Below, piece after piece: positions 39,101 through 49,119 of a stretch of 64,000 nt of DNA. The stretch is from Eledone cirrhosa. Lineage: Eukaryota. A program made the translations under genes and the position numbers. The notes under the pieces are model-generated. The model saw only the letters and a program-made list of their open reading frames with translations, was not told the DNA's origin and did not search any database. Numbering within the stretch: the first letter of the stretch is position 1; the number at the start of each line of letters is the position of its first letter. The stretch spans positions 2,294,001 to 2,358,000 of the forward strand of contig OZ024746.1 in assembly GCA_964016885.1 (NCBI GenBank), written 5' to 3'.

Positions 39101-39374
39101 CTTGCTATGACTGTGTCAATATACTAGTGGTTGGTAATAAGACTATCTTGCTATGACTGTGTCAATATACTAGTGGTTGGTAATAAGACTCCCTTGCTAT
39201 GACTGTGTCAATATACTAGTGGTTGGTAATAAGACTATCTTGCTATGACTGTACCATTATACTAGTGGTTGGTAATAAGACTATCTTGCTACGACTGTCT
39301 CAATATACTAGTGGTTGGTAATAAGACTCCCTTGCTATGACTGTGTCAATATACTAGTGGTTGGTAATAAGACT
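33157..39374. repeat. 46-bp minisatellite array (~135 units), TAAGACTACCTTGCTATGACTGT[AC/GT]CAATATACTAGTGGTTGGTAA
   Basis: Continuous 46-bp periodicity, with a trimeric higher-order repeat in the last ~1.4 kb. Confidence 0.99.
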
Positions 39375-40134
39375 GACATTACATTTTAAAACTAAGTATA
39401 TAGTTTGACATAATATCATGTCAAAACCAACTGTTGTTAGTTCTGGACACAGTCAATGTTGTATCTGGTATTAATACCACCAAGGTCTACAATTAATACC
39501 ACCAACAGTAAGGGTGTGTAGAATAACTATTTTTGTGTATTATACAGAAATATATCAAATATTATTATATTGGATTTATTTAAACATTTCGCACAAGATG
39601 GCACTTCTATATATTTATTGGATAGCATCCTGCAGATTAAAAACATTTCTAAATAATAGCTAAATCTGATGATATCCATGAAGTGGCTGTTAGTAGATAT
39701 TGCAAATGAATTTCCCATGGGAAATAGGAATACTAGACAAAAGATTGCATTTGCTTTGCAGGAAATATTTTTACTGATTAAGAATTTTTAGTAAGGGGAA
39801 ATGTGAAAGTACTATTCTAATTGATGTAAATTTAATTGATTATAAGATAGCTCTGACAAAAATAAAACCAATTGAAATAATGTAAGGTAAAATTTAAAGA
39901 GACTCAAGTGCAAAAAGCTATTTGCATGCAACATAGTTGACTATTTTTAGTCAGGTGACATGTAAAATATAATAGCTTATTTAGGTCCTAAAACGTTTTT
40001 GTCAATATGAAAATTTAGTAGAAGTTTATAAGTCTAACATCTCAGTGTCTAAAGTGACCTAAGGCCAGTCGAGGTGATTGTTGCTAATATATATAGAACC
40101 ATTAGAACATCTGACTGATAAAATGACAAGTCAG

Positions 40135-40333
40135 TCAATCATATTGGTGGCCTCCCCACAGCCCTGGTGGACAGAATAGAGAAAGTGTTTCCCCGGAGGA
40201 CAGCAAGGGAGACGCGCTGGAAAAGCCATTCCAACTGGCGAGGCTCACACCTGCAGCTGGCCAACTCAGCGCCTATGGTGGTGAGTATGGAGGTAGCCCT
40301 AGGGCCGAGGACACCAGAAGTCTCTACTACCAA
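40135..40333 (-). mobile_element. CRE-clade non-LTR retrotransposon, 3' fragment (RLE C-terminus)
   Basis: VVETSGVLGPRATSILTTIG..EPRQLEWLFQRVSLAVLRGN matches the ET.G..GP..QR.S.A..RGN pattern. Confidence 0.75.
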
Positions 40334-40624
40334 ATAAGTCTAACTCTAGAAGTCCATCCTAGTGTCTAAAGTATATAAGTCTAACTCTACAAGTCCATCT
40401 AAGTCCCTGTCCTCAGGGTTATTACCATCTTACTATTCAGTATCATGCTGTGAAAATGTCAGGATAACCAGCTTCTGGATCAGTCTTAATAAACTATTAA
40501 TCCCTATTATAGTATTGAGTACTCAGTACTGAGTTTGTCAATACCATCCATCCAACTAAAGTCAGGCAGGCAGCTAGTTAGCTGCCTGCTTGCCTGCCTG
40601 TCTGTGTCTATTTGTGTGTATGTA

Positions 40625-40906
40625 TATTTTTCTCAGACCGGGTGATGTGTTGTTTCCTTGAGCAAGACACTTTATTTCACATTGCTCCAGATTATTAAGC
40701 TGTAGAAATGAGATGATAGGGACTGGGGTCCATATCATTCCACTGCAAAGTGGTTGTGGAGGTGATATGGCAACAAAGCACCCAGTACTCACTGTAAATG
40801 AGCTTGGTGTTAGGAAGGGTATCCAGCTGTAGAAATCAAGCCAGAATCAGTTCCCATCCCACCCTTGCAAGCAGGGAAAAGCGGACGTAAAATGATGATG
40901 ATGATG
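40625..40906 (+). mobile_element. CORE-like SINE with GTTAGGAAGGG(C/T)ATCC domain and RTE-derived tail
   Basis: CORE-like TTGAGCAAGACACTTTATTTCAC, central gcacccagtactcactgtaaatgagcttggtgttaggaagggtatccagc, and a 3' 44 bp identical to the RTE end at 45595-45638. Confidence 0.85.
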
Positions 40907-41175
40907 TATCCACAAAAGTTGTAAACATCGATGATAAATTCATGCTTTTCAAGCAAGTTACAGATGCTCTCTTGTCACTTTAGCCATTAGAAATGCAGTG
41001 AACCAGTGATTGCTTCATTGGAATCATGTAACTAACAACGTTATTATCACAATTTGTGATGTAAAATAAATAGAAGTAAACAAAAATATAGGAGTATTCC
41101 TGATACAAGCTGAGAGAAGCTGACCACTTGGTTATGCAAAATAGAGAGAAAGTGAGGGGAAATTAATTATATTAC

Positions 41176-41295
41176 CAAGGCATATACGATCATCAATGAG
41201 GTGAAATCCTTTTAAGCAGGAACATTTATAACTTCCATTTATATTGTTACATATTTGGTGGCACAGGCTGTGGTTGGTTTGACATTCATTTATAT
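41176..41295 (-). CDS. Calcium-binding EGF exon 4 of a multi-EGF extracellular protein
   Basis: ttttcattcag|..|gtaat, 120 nt, phase 1/1. DINECQTNHSLCHQICNNINGSYKCSCLKGFHLIDDRICL has 6 Cys and the cbEGF consensus. Confidence 0.95.
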
Positions 41296-41669
41296 CTGAA
41301 TGAAAATAGAGAAAAAGTAGATGAGAATAATAAATAAGTCGTTTCTAATGTCAGTAGAAAAGACAAACTGCATGAAGACGTGTGTATGATGTCTGATGCT
41401 ACTACATGGTAAGGTTTTATAAGTGTACAGGAATTGCAGCTCAACTGATATGGATATGTAATTTGAATGGATAACATCTGCTTTTCTCAGGTCTTGAATA
41501 ATTGCCCCCACCTTATTAATTTTTCAGACTGCCCCCCCCCCCCCCCCCCCCCCCCTGCTTATTAAATTTTGTTATTCTATCTCCAGCAAAATTATATTTT
41601 AAGTGGTAACATTCCTGTCACAATTTTCTTTCTACATTAAAAAGAATTATATATGACAGAAAAGTACAC

Positions 41670-41860
41670 TACACACCACTGATGTTGTCCAAGGGAAAGT
41701 CAACGGCCAATACAGCTTGGCACCAGTGATGTCACAATTTATTTCTACAGCTGAGTAAACTGGAGCCATGCGAAATAAAGTGTCTTGCTTAAGGACACAC
41801 CACATCACCCAGTCCAGGAATCAAACACACAGCCCCACGACTGCAAGCAATGTGCCTTTA
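41670..41860 (-). mobile_element. CORE-like SINE
   Basis: Homologous to 21120-21300 (ggccaatacagcttggcaccagtga..ctacagctgagtaaactggagc..aaataaagtgtcttgc). Confidence 0.75.
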
Positions 41861-44174
41861 CATTGTACTAACTCAGATTATATTTATAGATTTTTAGCCA
41901 ACACTGTATGCATAGATCAATAATGATAGTTACAGTGCTAAAATTCTATATATTCTGTATTAGAGTATAGCATTGGACCAAAACACTATTTATGCAACAA
42001 TAATTTATTTACCAAACTTGCAGCCAAGAATAAATTATATGTACAAATTTATCTACTCAATTTACTTAAGCCCTTAGTAATTGTGAGCTTGTAAACAGTG
42101 TCTCTATGGATGGTAAAAAAAATACCCAGTCACTGATGAAACACAGAATTAAAACTAGTTTAGCTCCTCTTTTTTTATGCCTATGGATATTGGATACAGA
42201 GACATTCAATGTTGGCTAAAAATCTAAAGATATATTCACTACTATAGTACTTTTCATGATTTTGGCTGGGTTTTACGGTATAACATATAACATATAACAT
42301 TAAATTAAAATGTATCAGATTTTGTTTGTCTATTGTAATCTTGTAAAAATGACAATCATGTGATGTTTAGATTCATTTCCAATATAGAAATATCTTATTT
42401 CTAGCCTTCCAGTTTCATAAGAAAACTTATGATCAACAGTCATGTAAGAACAAATCTGTTGCTTGTATTCATTTATATAGTTCTATAAGAATAGTTCTTT
42501 AATGTTTATAACCTTTAAATGTTGTATCTTTCTAGTTTAGTTTATGTGAAATGTATCTTTACATTTTTAGTACATTTTTCTGTTAACATTCTTCTAACAT
42601 TTCCCAATAACAACCAATTTTATTTAGTTGGATTTTTTTTGTTCCTTGTCATAATCACATCCTCCCCTATTTTCTTTTTATTGTTATCACCTACCTCCCT
42701 CATCGTAATCATCATCATCATCATCATCCCTATCATCTTTTTCACTACTATCACAGCCTCTTCTTCCTCACTATCATTTGATATTAGATTATACCGTCTA
42801 ATATTGAATTAAACATCATAGTGCATTATCAATAACGATGTATTGACATGCATATTGGAGAAACCAGAAGAATTGCTTTCGTGAACTCATATGGAAAAAC
42901 TTTATACCAAGATGAACTCTTTTCTCACTGAGAGGCAAAGTTGAGAGTTGAATTTATGAACTTTGATTTATTTGGAAAAATAAACAAGGACACCATTCCC
43001 ACTAAAAAAGAAAAAAAAAATACCCCCACCCCCACCCTGCTGCAAAAACAAAAACAAAACAAAAACAAACTAACAAAAAGTTCATTGGAAATGATAAAAC
43101 TAATCTCATTTTTTAATGAATTTTTTCTCCCTCACACGAGAGAGACTAAATCTATGAAATATTATAGGTGGCCTCTCCCATGATGATATGGCAGATGAGA
43201 AATAAAATGTCATAAATCAGATAATTTGTTTTAGTTTTTATTTCTTAATAATAAAGTGTATTTATGAAAAAAATTTGTTTCTGGCAATAATTTTCAAAAT
43301 TTATTAAAAAGTAAAAAAAAAAAAAAGAAAAAAATGAAATAAACAAATAAAATCCTTTCTTTTGTAACTTTAATCAAATAATCCTTTGATATTTTGTTTT
43401 ATTGTTGTTATGAAAGTTTAATGTTAAAATCTATTAATGAAGTGATTTTGAGCTGGAGTTGAGATGTCTATCAAATTATCAACTTAAAAAAACATAAAAA
43501 AAACAGACAAAACAAACAAAAACAATGTAGAAAATGTTTAGTGGCTTTGTGGTTGTGGCACAAGGAAACTTTGTTGAGGAGTGAAATGTTGCGGACATAC
43601 AGGAAGATTTTGATAACTCAACACGGACATTGAAATTAATGTTATTCTTGACTGAGAAATGTTTGACAGAGTACTTAACTCTGTTGCTATGATACTGGGT
43701 AAAAGCCAGCTGACAGGTCATATGAAATGCTTATTAGCTTATGTTCAGGTGAGCTAATTTACATACTGGTGTTATTTTGGCAGATATTAAGAAATTACCC
43801 ACACAACAACATAGTAAGTAAACTAGAAAAGCCATTATACTGAACAAGTATACAAGTTGTCAGCAATATAGTGAAGGTATTGAACTCCCATATGTATAGA
43901 GTATACTTGACTGTCATTCATTTGTTGCTGTAATTGCTTAGCTTATGACCAAAAGTATTTTAGCAGTGAGAATCCCATCTTTTTGTATATCAAAAAACTA
44001 CCCAATGAGCACACATTGAGTACAACTTTGCCTTTATCATTCTAGGGTCAACGAAATAAAACTTCTAATGCCTCAGTTTACTTGGTAACATTGAGCGTCA
44101 GAGCTTATTGTTATAAGCAATAATTATACTGCATAAATTTCAAGTGTTTATAACTATATTTTAAAACAACTTAC

Positions 44175-44294
44175 CTAAGCAGGTTGTTGTGTTAACAAGA
44201 GTATAACCAGAGTTACAAGAACATTTGTAGCTTCCATCAAAGTTAAGACAGTTCTGTTGGCAGCCACCATTTCTTACTGAGCATTCATCATTAT
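44175..44294 (-). CDS. Calcium-binding EGF exon 3
   Basis: cttctctattttag|..AG|gtaagt, 120 nt, phase 1/1. [40 protein letters not shown]. Confidence 0.95.
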
Positions 44295-44461
44295 CTAAAA
44301 TAGAGAAGTAAGCAAGTTTTATACATAGGTCTGAAACTGAGGGGGAAAATTGAAATAAAACAATGTAAAGTCACAAGAGGCGTTTATAGGACACTGCTTA
44401 GTTTCTGTTTCACAGTGTGAAGATATATAAGGTAGAGAGGATTTTTCAGATAATCTCTCTA

Positions 44462-44787
44462 ATGTTGGTGCTATCATATAAAACACCCAGTACAGTCTTT
44501 AGGATGGGCATCCGGCTCTAGAAATCCTGCCAAAAGGGTTGACAGGGCTTTTCAGCCATGTCAAAGACATAACTTGTCTAGTGCTGATACCATATGATAT
44601 ATCCTGTCACACTTTGTAAAGTGGTTGGTATTAGGAAACCAAAAAGTAGAATGTATTGAATGAGATGTAGTTCCCTCTGACTTGTTTAGGAGGTCAGCAG
44701 CCCTGATTAAGTACTTCTCTGGTCCATAATGACCTGGCCAACTCCTCCTAGCATAGAAAAATGGAAATAAATGCTGTTGCTGCTGTT

Positions 44788-44790
<3 letters not shown>
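44462..44790 (+). mobile_element. Two old, overlapping remnants of the RTE-tailed SINE family
   Basis: ttggtgc..ataaaacacccagtac..ttaggatgggcatccggc, then tagtgctg..ctttgtaaagtggttggtattaggaa, with degenerate tail ctagcatagaaaaatggaaataaatg. Confidence 0.6.
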
Positions 44791-44848
<58 letters not shown>

Positions 44849-44905
44849 GTATATCTATGCTAGGAGGAGTTGGCCAGGGTCATTATGGACCAGAGCAGTA
44901 CTTAA

Positions 44906-45650
44906 TGTACACAATGCAGATCCTGGGTACACAAGAGATGTAGCGGGATAGCAGGCAAACTAAGAGGTAGGGAGAAATACGTATGCAGTAGATATACAGG
45001 GAAATTAGACAGTAGAAGTTGCATTGATAGACACTTTTTTCAAATGCAGGTGGGTGCTATAGAAGTGGTGGATAGCTTCCGGTACCTAGGTGATCAGATT
45101 AGCATGGGAGGGGGTGTTCCGAGGCCATAGTATCTAGAATAAGGACGGGTTGGAAGAAGTTTAGGGAGCTGCTTTCTCTGCTGACGAAGAAGGGTTTCTC
45201 CCTGCGTACGAAAGGCTGGTTGTATGATGCCTGTGTGAGGAGCGTGATGCTGCATGGTAGTGAGACATGGGCAGCTACCGCAGAAGATATGCGACGGCTG
45301 GAGAGAAATGAGGCAAGTATTCTCCGTTGGATGTGCAGAGAGAGAAACTGTGTCTGAGAAGGATAAATTGTTGTTTGCGGGAGAGGAAACTGTGATGGTA
45401 TGGACATGTGATGCGCATGGAGGATGACCGATGGGTGAAGAAGTGCCAGGTAATGCCAGTTGAAGGAAGACGTAGTGGAGGTAGACCACGAAAAATATGG
45501 GCGGAGGTGGTGAGAGCAGACCTCAGATTGCTGAAGCTCACGGAGGAGATGACGAAGGACCGTGACAAGTGGAGAGATGCTGTGCTGAATAGGACCCATC
45601 CCACCCTTGCAAGCAGGGAAAAGCGGACGTAAAATGATAATGATGATGAT
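44906..45650 (+). mobile_element. 5'-truncated RTE LINE with intact 3' end and (ATG)n tail
   Basis: CTQCRSWVHKRCSGI, IEVVDSFRYLGDQI, GWKKFRELL, SVMLHGSETW, ERNEASILRWMC, WYGHVMRM..GRPRKIW..DRDKWRDAV..KRT*. Confidence 0.92.
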
Positions 45651-45830
45651 ATATATATATATTTATTAAAATAACAGATTAAAGTTTAAGCAAAGAATTG
45701 CAGCGATTTTTTGCTTAAACTTTAATCTGTTATTTTAATAAATATTTGCTCTACAGATTTTATATATTTATATTATTTATATATATATATTATCTTTATT
45801 GAGCTCTCTTTGGATTTTAGTCTTCACATT

Positions 45831-45887
<57 letters not shown>

Positions 45888-46393
45888 CAGTACAATAGTG
45901 ACATGTACAGATACTTAAGTTTCGTTGGGTTATACATCCCAATTCATTCAGCCTGTTATAATTATACTTAACTCTTCCTGTGGACTGACTGCTCTTACCC
46001 TTGGATATTTAAACCAAATTTCTACTACAGTATATATATATAAAGTGGGTTAAATAAGTCTTCATACGCTATCAAATATTTACCATATGAATGATAAAAT
46101 TATTACTAAAGATCAACAAGTACTAGATTAAACAAATCAAATGTGAAATAAAAGAATTGGTGCAAAAATGCGTCCATACCACTAATGATATTTTTCACAT
46201 GACTGCACATTTAATTTACATATTACATTTAAATTCTTTCTTTATATATAAGATTTTCTAATAAATTCATTATTCTCATGTCTGACCATAGCAATGTTGA
46301 AGAGAAAAGAACATTGTTTAGTTGTTAGGAATAATGTTTTGGGAAGAATATAAGAAAGGAGAAGATTGTAACAAGCTTTCTAAGAAGCTTGAT

Positions 46394-46490
46394 TCAGTAC
46401 ATCATATATAGTCCTTTCCCCTACTTTACAGCCAGATCTACCCTTCAGTATATCATATATAGTCCTTTCCCCTACTTTACAGCCAGATCT
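46394..46490. repeat. Tandem duplication of ~50 bp
   Basis: ttcagta(c/t)atcatatatagtcctttcccctactttacagccagatct occurs twice. Confidence 0.9.
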
Positions 46491-46629
46491 TCCCTTCTTT
46501 ACCTCTTCCCCATCTTTTCATTACTTAATTTTGTTTTTATCTTTTTTTCTCATATTTCCATCATTTTTGTAAAATATAGGTGATTAATTAAATAAAAAAT
46601 CTAGAATTGTCAGTACATTATTATAATTA

Positions 46630-47428
46630 ATAAATGGAAAACAGAAGGATTGCTGTAAATTGACCAAGAGCCAGTGCAGCACAAAAGGTGTTCCTGCTTT
46701 TGAAAGTGGTTTGAAAGGTGAAAGAACTCCTAAGAAGTTGGTTGATGACTTGAGCTCAACTGAGACTATACTCCAGACAAACACATCATCAATCTCACTG
46801 AATACCACTAATGAAGAAAAGACTTGTTAAAACATACATTAAGTTTGCCACTGAGCTTGAATATAAAGAAGATGCACTTTTGAACAACATTTTGTGGTTA
46901 TATGGGATTAAAGTTTGTCTATTTGGCAATAACTATACAATTACTGTACAGCAAAAAAACTGAATGAAGCTTATGATCTAAAGGACACCATAGCCACTGT
47001 GAAGCATGCTTTCCATTAGCGAACATAGAGCAATTTGATATCCTTGAAAGAATTATGAATGCTAAATAATATTGCAATATTTTGGATGAACATTTCATTT
47101 TCTGCCAGAAAACCCAATATAAGGCATGACTGTGTGTTCCAACAAGACAATGATATGAAAGACACATCATGTGAGATTAAAAAATGGTTTGAAAGGGATA
47201 AGATTAATGTTCTTGTGTAGCTCATTCAATCACCAGATTTTAATCCAATAAAGAAATTATTGAAAAAGCATCAACCAAAAGAAAAAGAAAAACCTATTGC
47301 TGAGTCAAAAGAAATATCTAGAAAAGTACTGTAAAAAATATGAGTTATTTAATGCTAAAAGCTTATATCACCATACAGAGGTGCTTACAGGTAGAGTTGA
47401 CTAATAAAGGTCATACAACCAAGTATTA
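46630..47428 (+). pseudogene. Tc1-family transposase fossil
   Basis: Degenerate NILW..IKVCLFG, YDLKDTIATVKH, VFQQDNDMKDTS..IKKWF..KINVL..QSPDFNPIK and NKGHTTKY*. Many stops and frameshifts. Confidence 0.85.
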
Positions 47429-48009
47429 ACAAGTAATTTATTTAATGGTATGGTTTGGAGACTTACATACACACACATTCATACATTATGTGCGTATAGC
47501 AGGGAAAACATGCCAAACGAGGATGATGATGATGATATATATATATAAATGAAAAAAAATGAAACGAAATTTCATTTCTCCTCTTAGTACGGCTGGTAAA
47601 TGTAAGTATGTATGTACACATACATACATATATGTATACAGACGTACAGTAGTATGTATATATATACATACATGCACACATATATATGTACGTATGGATT
47701 TACCGAACATTTATTATAATGCTCGGTTTGTTTGTAAACAAACAGCCCAAATTATGCCGTACAGTGCTCGGCAACCATTGTTGCCCTTTTGTTCAACACT
47801 GACAAAGGGACGATATACTAGTTTCAAGCTTATTAGCTATCGTCAGGACTATATACCTTCCTGCCAGATGATTGAACATCTGAAAGTATATACTTTCCTT
47901 ATGCATATTAACGGCTGAGCAGCCCAATTTGCATATCGAGTGAGTTAATCGGACGGGTGCACCGAAAACGATAAATGGAAAAAAAAAAAATATATATATA
48001 TATGATGGC

Positions 48010-48250
48010 ACATGGGCTTGCAATCATGAGGTTGTGAGTTCAATTCTTGGATCGGTTGATGCATTGTGTCCTTGAGTAAGACACTTTATTTTGCATTGCT
48101 CCAGTTTACTCAGCTGTATCATTGCCTTTCCTTTGGAAAGGAAGGGGGAGACTGGCATGCATGGGTGACTACTGGTCTTCTACAAACAACCTTGCCCAGA
48201 CTTGTGCCTTGGAGGCCATCTGTGACTGAACTGGGTTATTACCCCACACA
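48010..48250 (+). mobile_element. CORE-like SINE
   Basis: gagttcaattc B box, then tgtgtccttgagtaagacactttattttgcattgctccagtttactcagctgta. Confidence 0.75.
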
Positions 48251-48261
48251 CAGACATATGT

Positions 48262-48490
48262 ATCATCATCATCATCGTTTTATGTCCGTTCTTCCACACT
48301 AGCATGGGTTAGACGGGTTGTCCTGTTGTGGGCAGTGTCCAGTCGGCTGACCTTGTCTTGCTCATACAGGAACTGATTCTGGCTTGATTTCTACAGCTGG
48401 ATGCCCTTCCTAACACCAACCTCATTTACAGTGAGTGCTGGGTGCTTTTTTGCCGTGGCACCTCCACGACCACTTTGCAGTTGGAGGGTG
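48262..48490 (-). mobile_element. RTE-tailed SINE, the most complete copy of the central domain in the window
   Basis: Minus strand: gtggaggtgccacggcaaaaaagcacccagcactcactgtaaatgaggttggtgttaggaagggcatccagctgtagaaatcaagccag..cccatgctagtgtggaagaacggacataaaacgatgatg. Confidence 0.85.
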
Positions 48491-49119
48491 TGGGGACATA
48501 TTGTCTATATGCTTCAGCTTGTACCCGTTGGGGGTCGGGTCTTCTGTATTACTGTGCGACGCCAGAGGTCACGGTCGTGTGTCATCGCCTTTATATAGGG
48601 TTCAATTCCTTGCAGGCACTTCTGTTCATCTTTTTTCTGTCTCCAAGGGTACACTACTTGATTTTCTCAAGTTATATTATAGTAACTTACTCAAACACAA
48701 ATGACTATATATGAAAACCCACCTTGTCCACCATGTAAGGTGGTAGGGCTTGGTCTAGTCTCAGAATGTGACTATCCATCTAACCTATGTAAGCAACAAT
48801 GATGATGATGATTTGTCCCACTACACCATGCCACAATTCCCGATTCCCCATCTTGTCCATGGAAAGCCAGATATGCCCCACAATATACAGTCAAGTGGAA
48901 CTCATCATGTTCAACGCCACCTCCATGACACAACACTTTCTCTCCCCCTGTGGAATAACCCCCCCCCCCTCTCACTTACCAAGCAACATGTAGCCTAATG
49001 TTAGTTCTCCTGCTGTGGGATATATACTCCATAACATGTAGCCACCTCTCATTTTACACACTCATTACTGCTTGACCAGCCAAGCTAACGACACAAGGAG
49101 CTCCCTAATGCCATAATGA

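Noticed and set aside
29060-39374. CRISPR-like appearance of the 23- to 50-bp arrays
   Set aside because: Units are head-to-tail with no unique spacers, there are no cas genes, and the context is eukaryotic.
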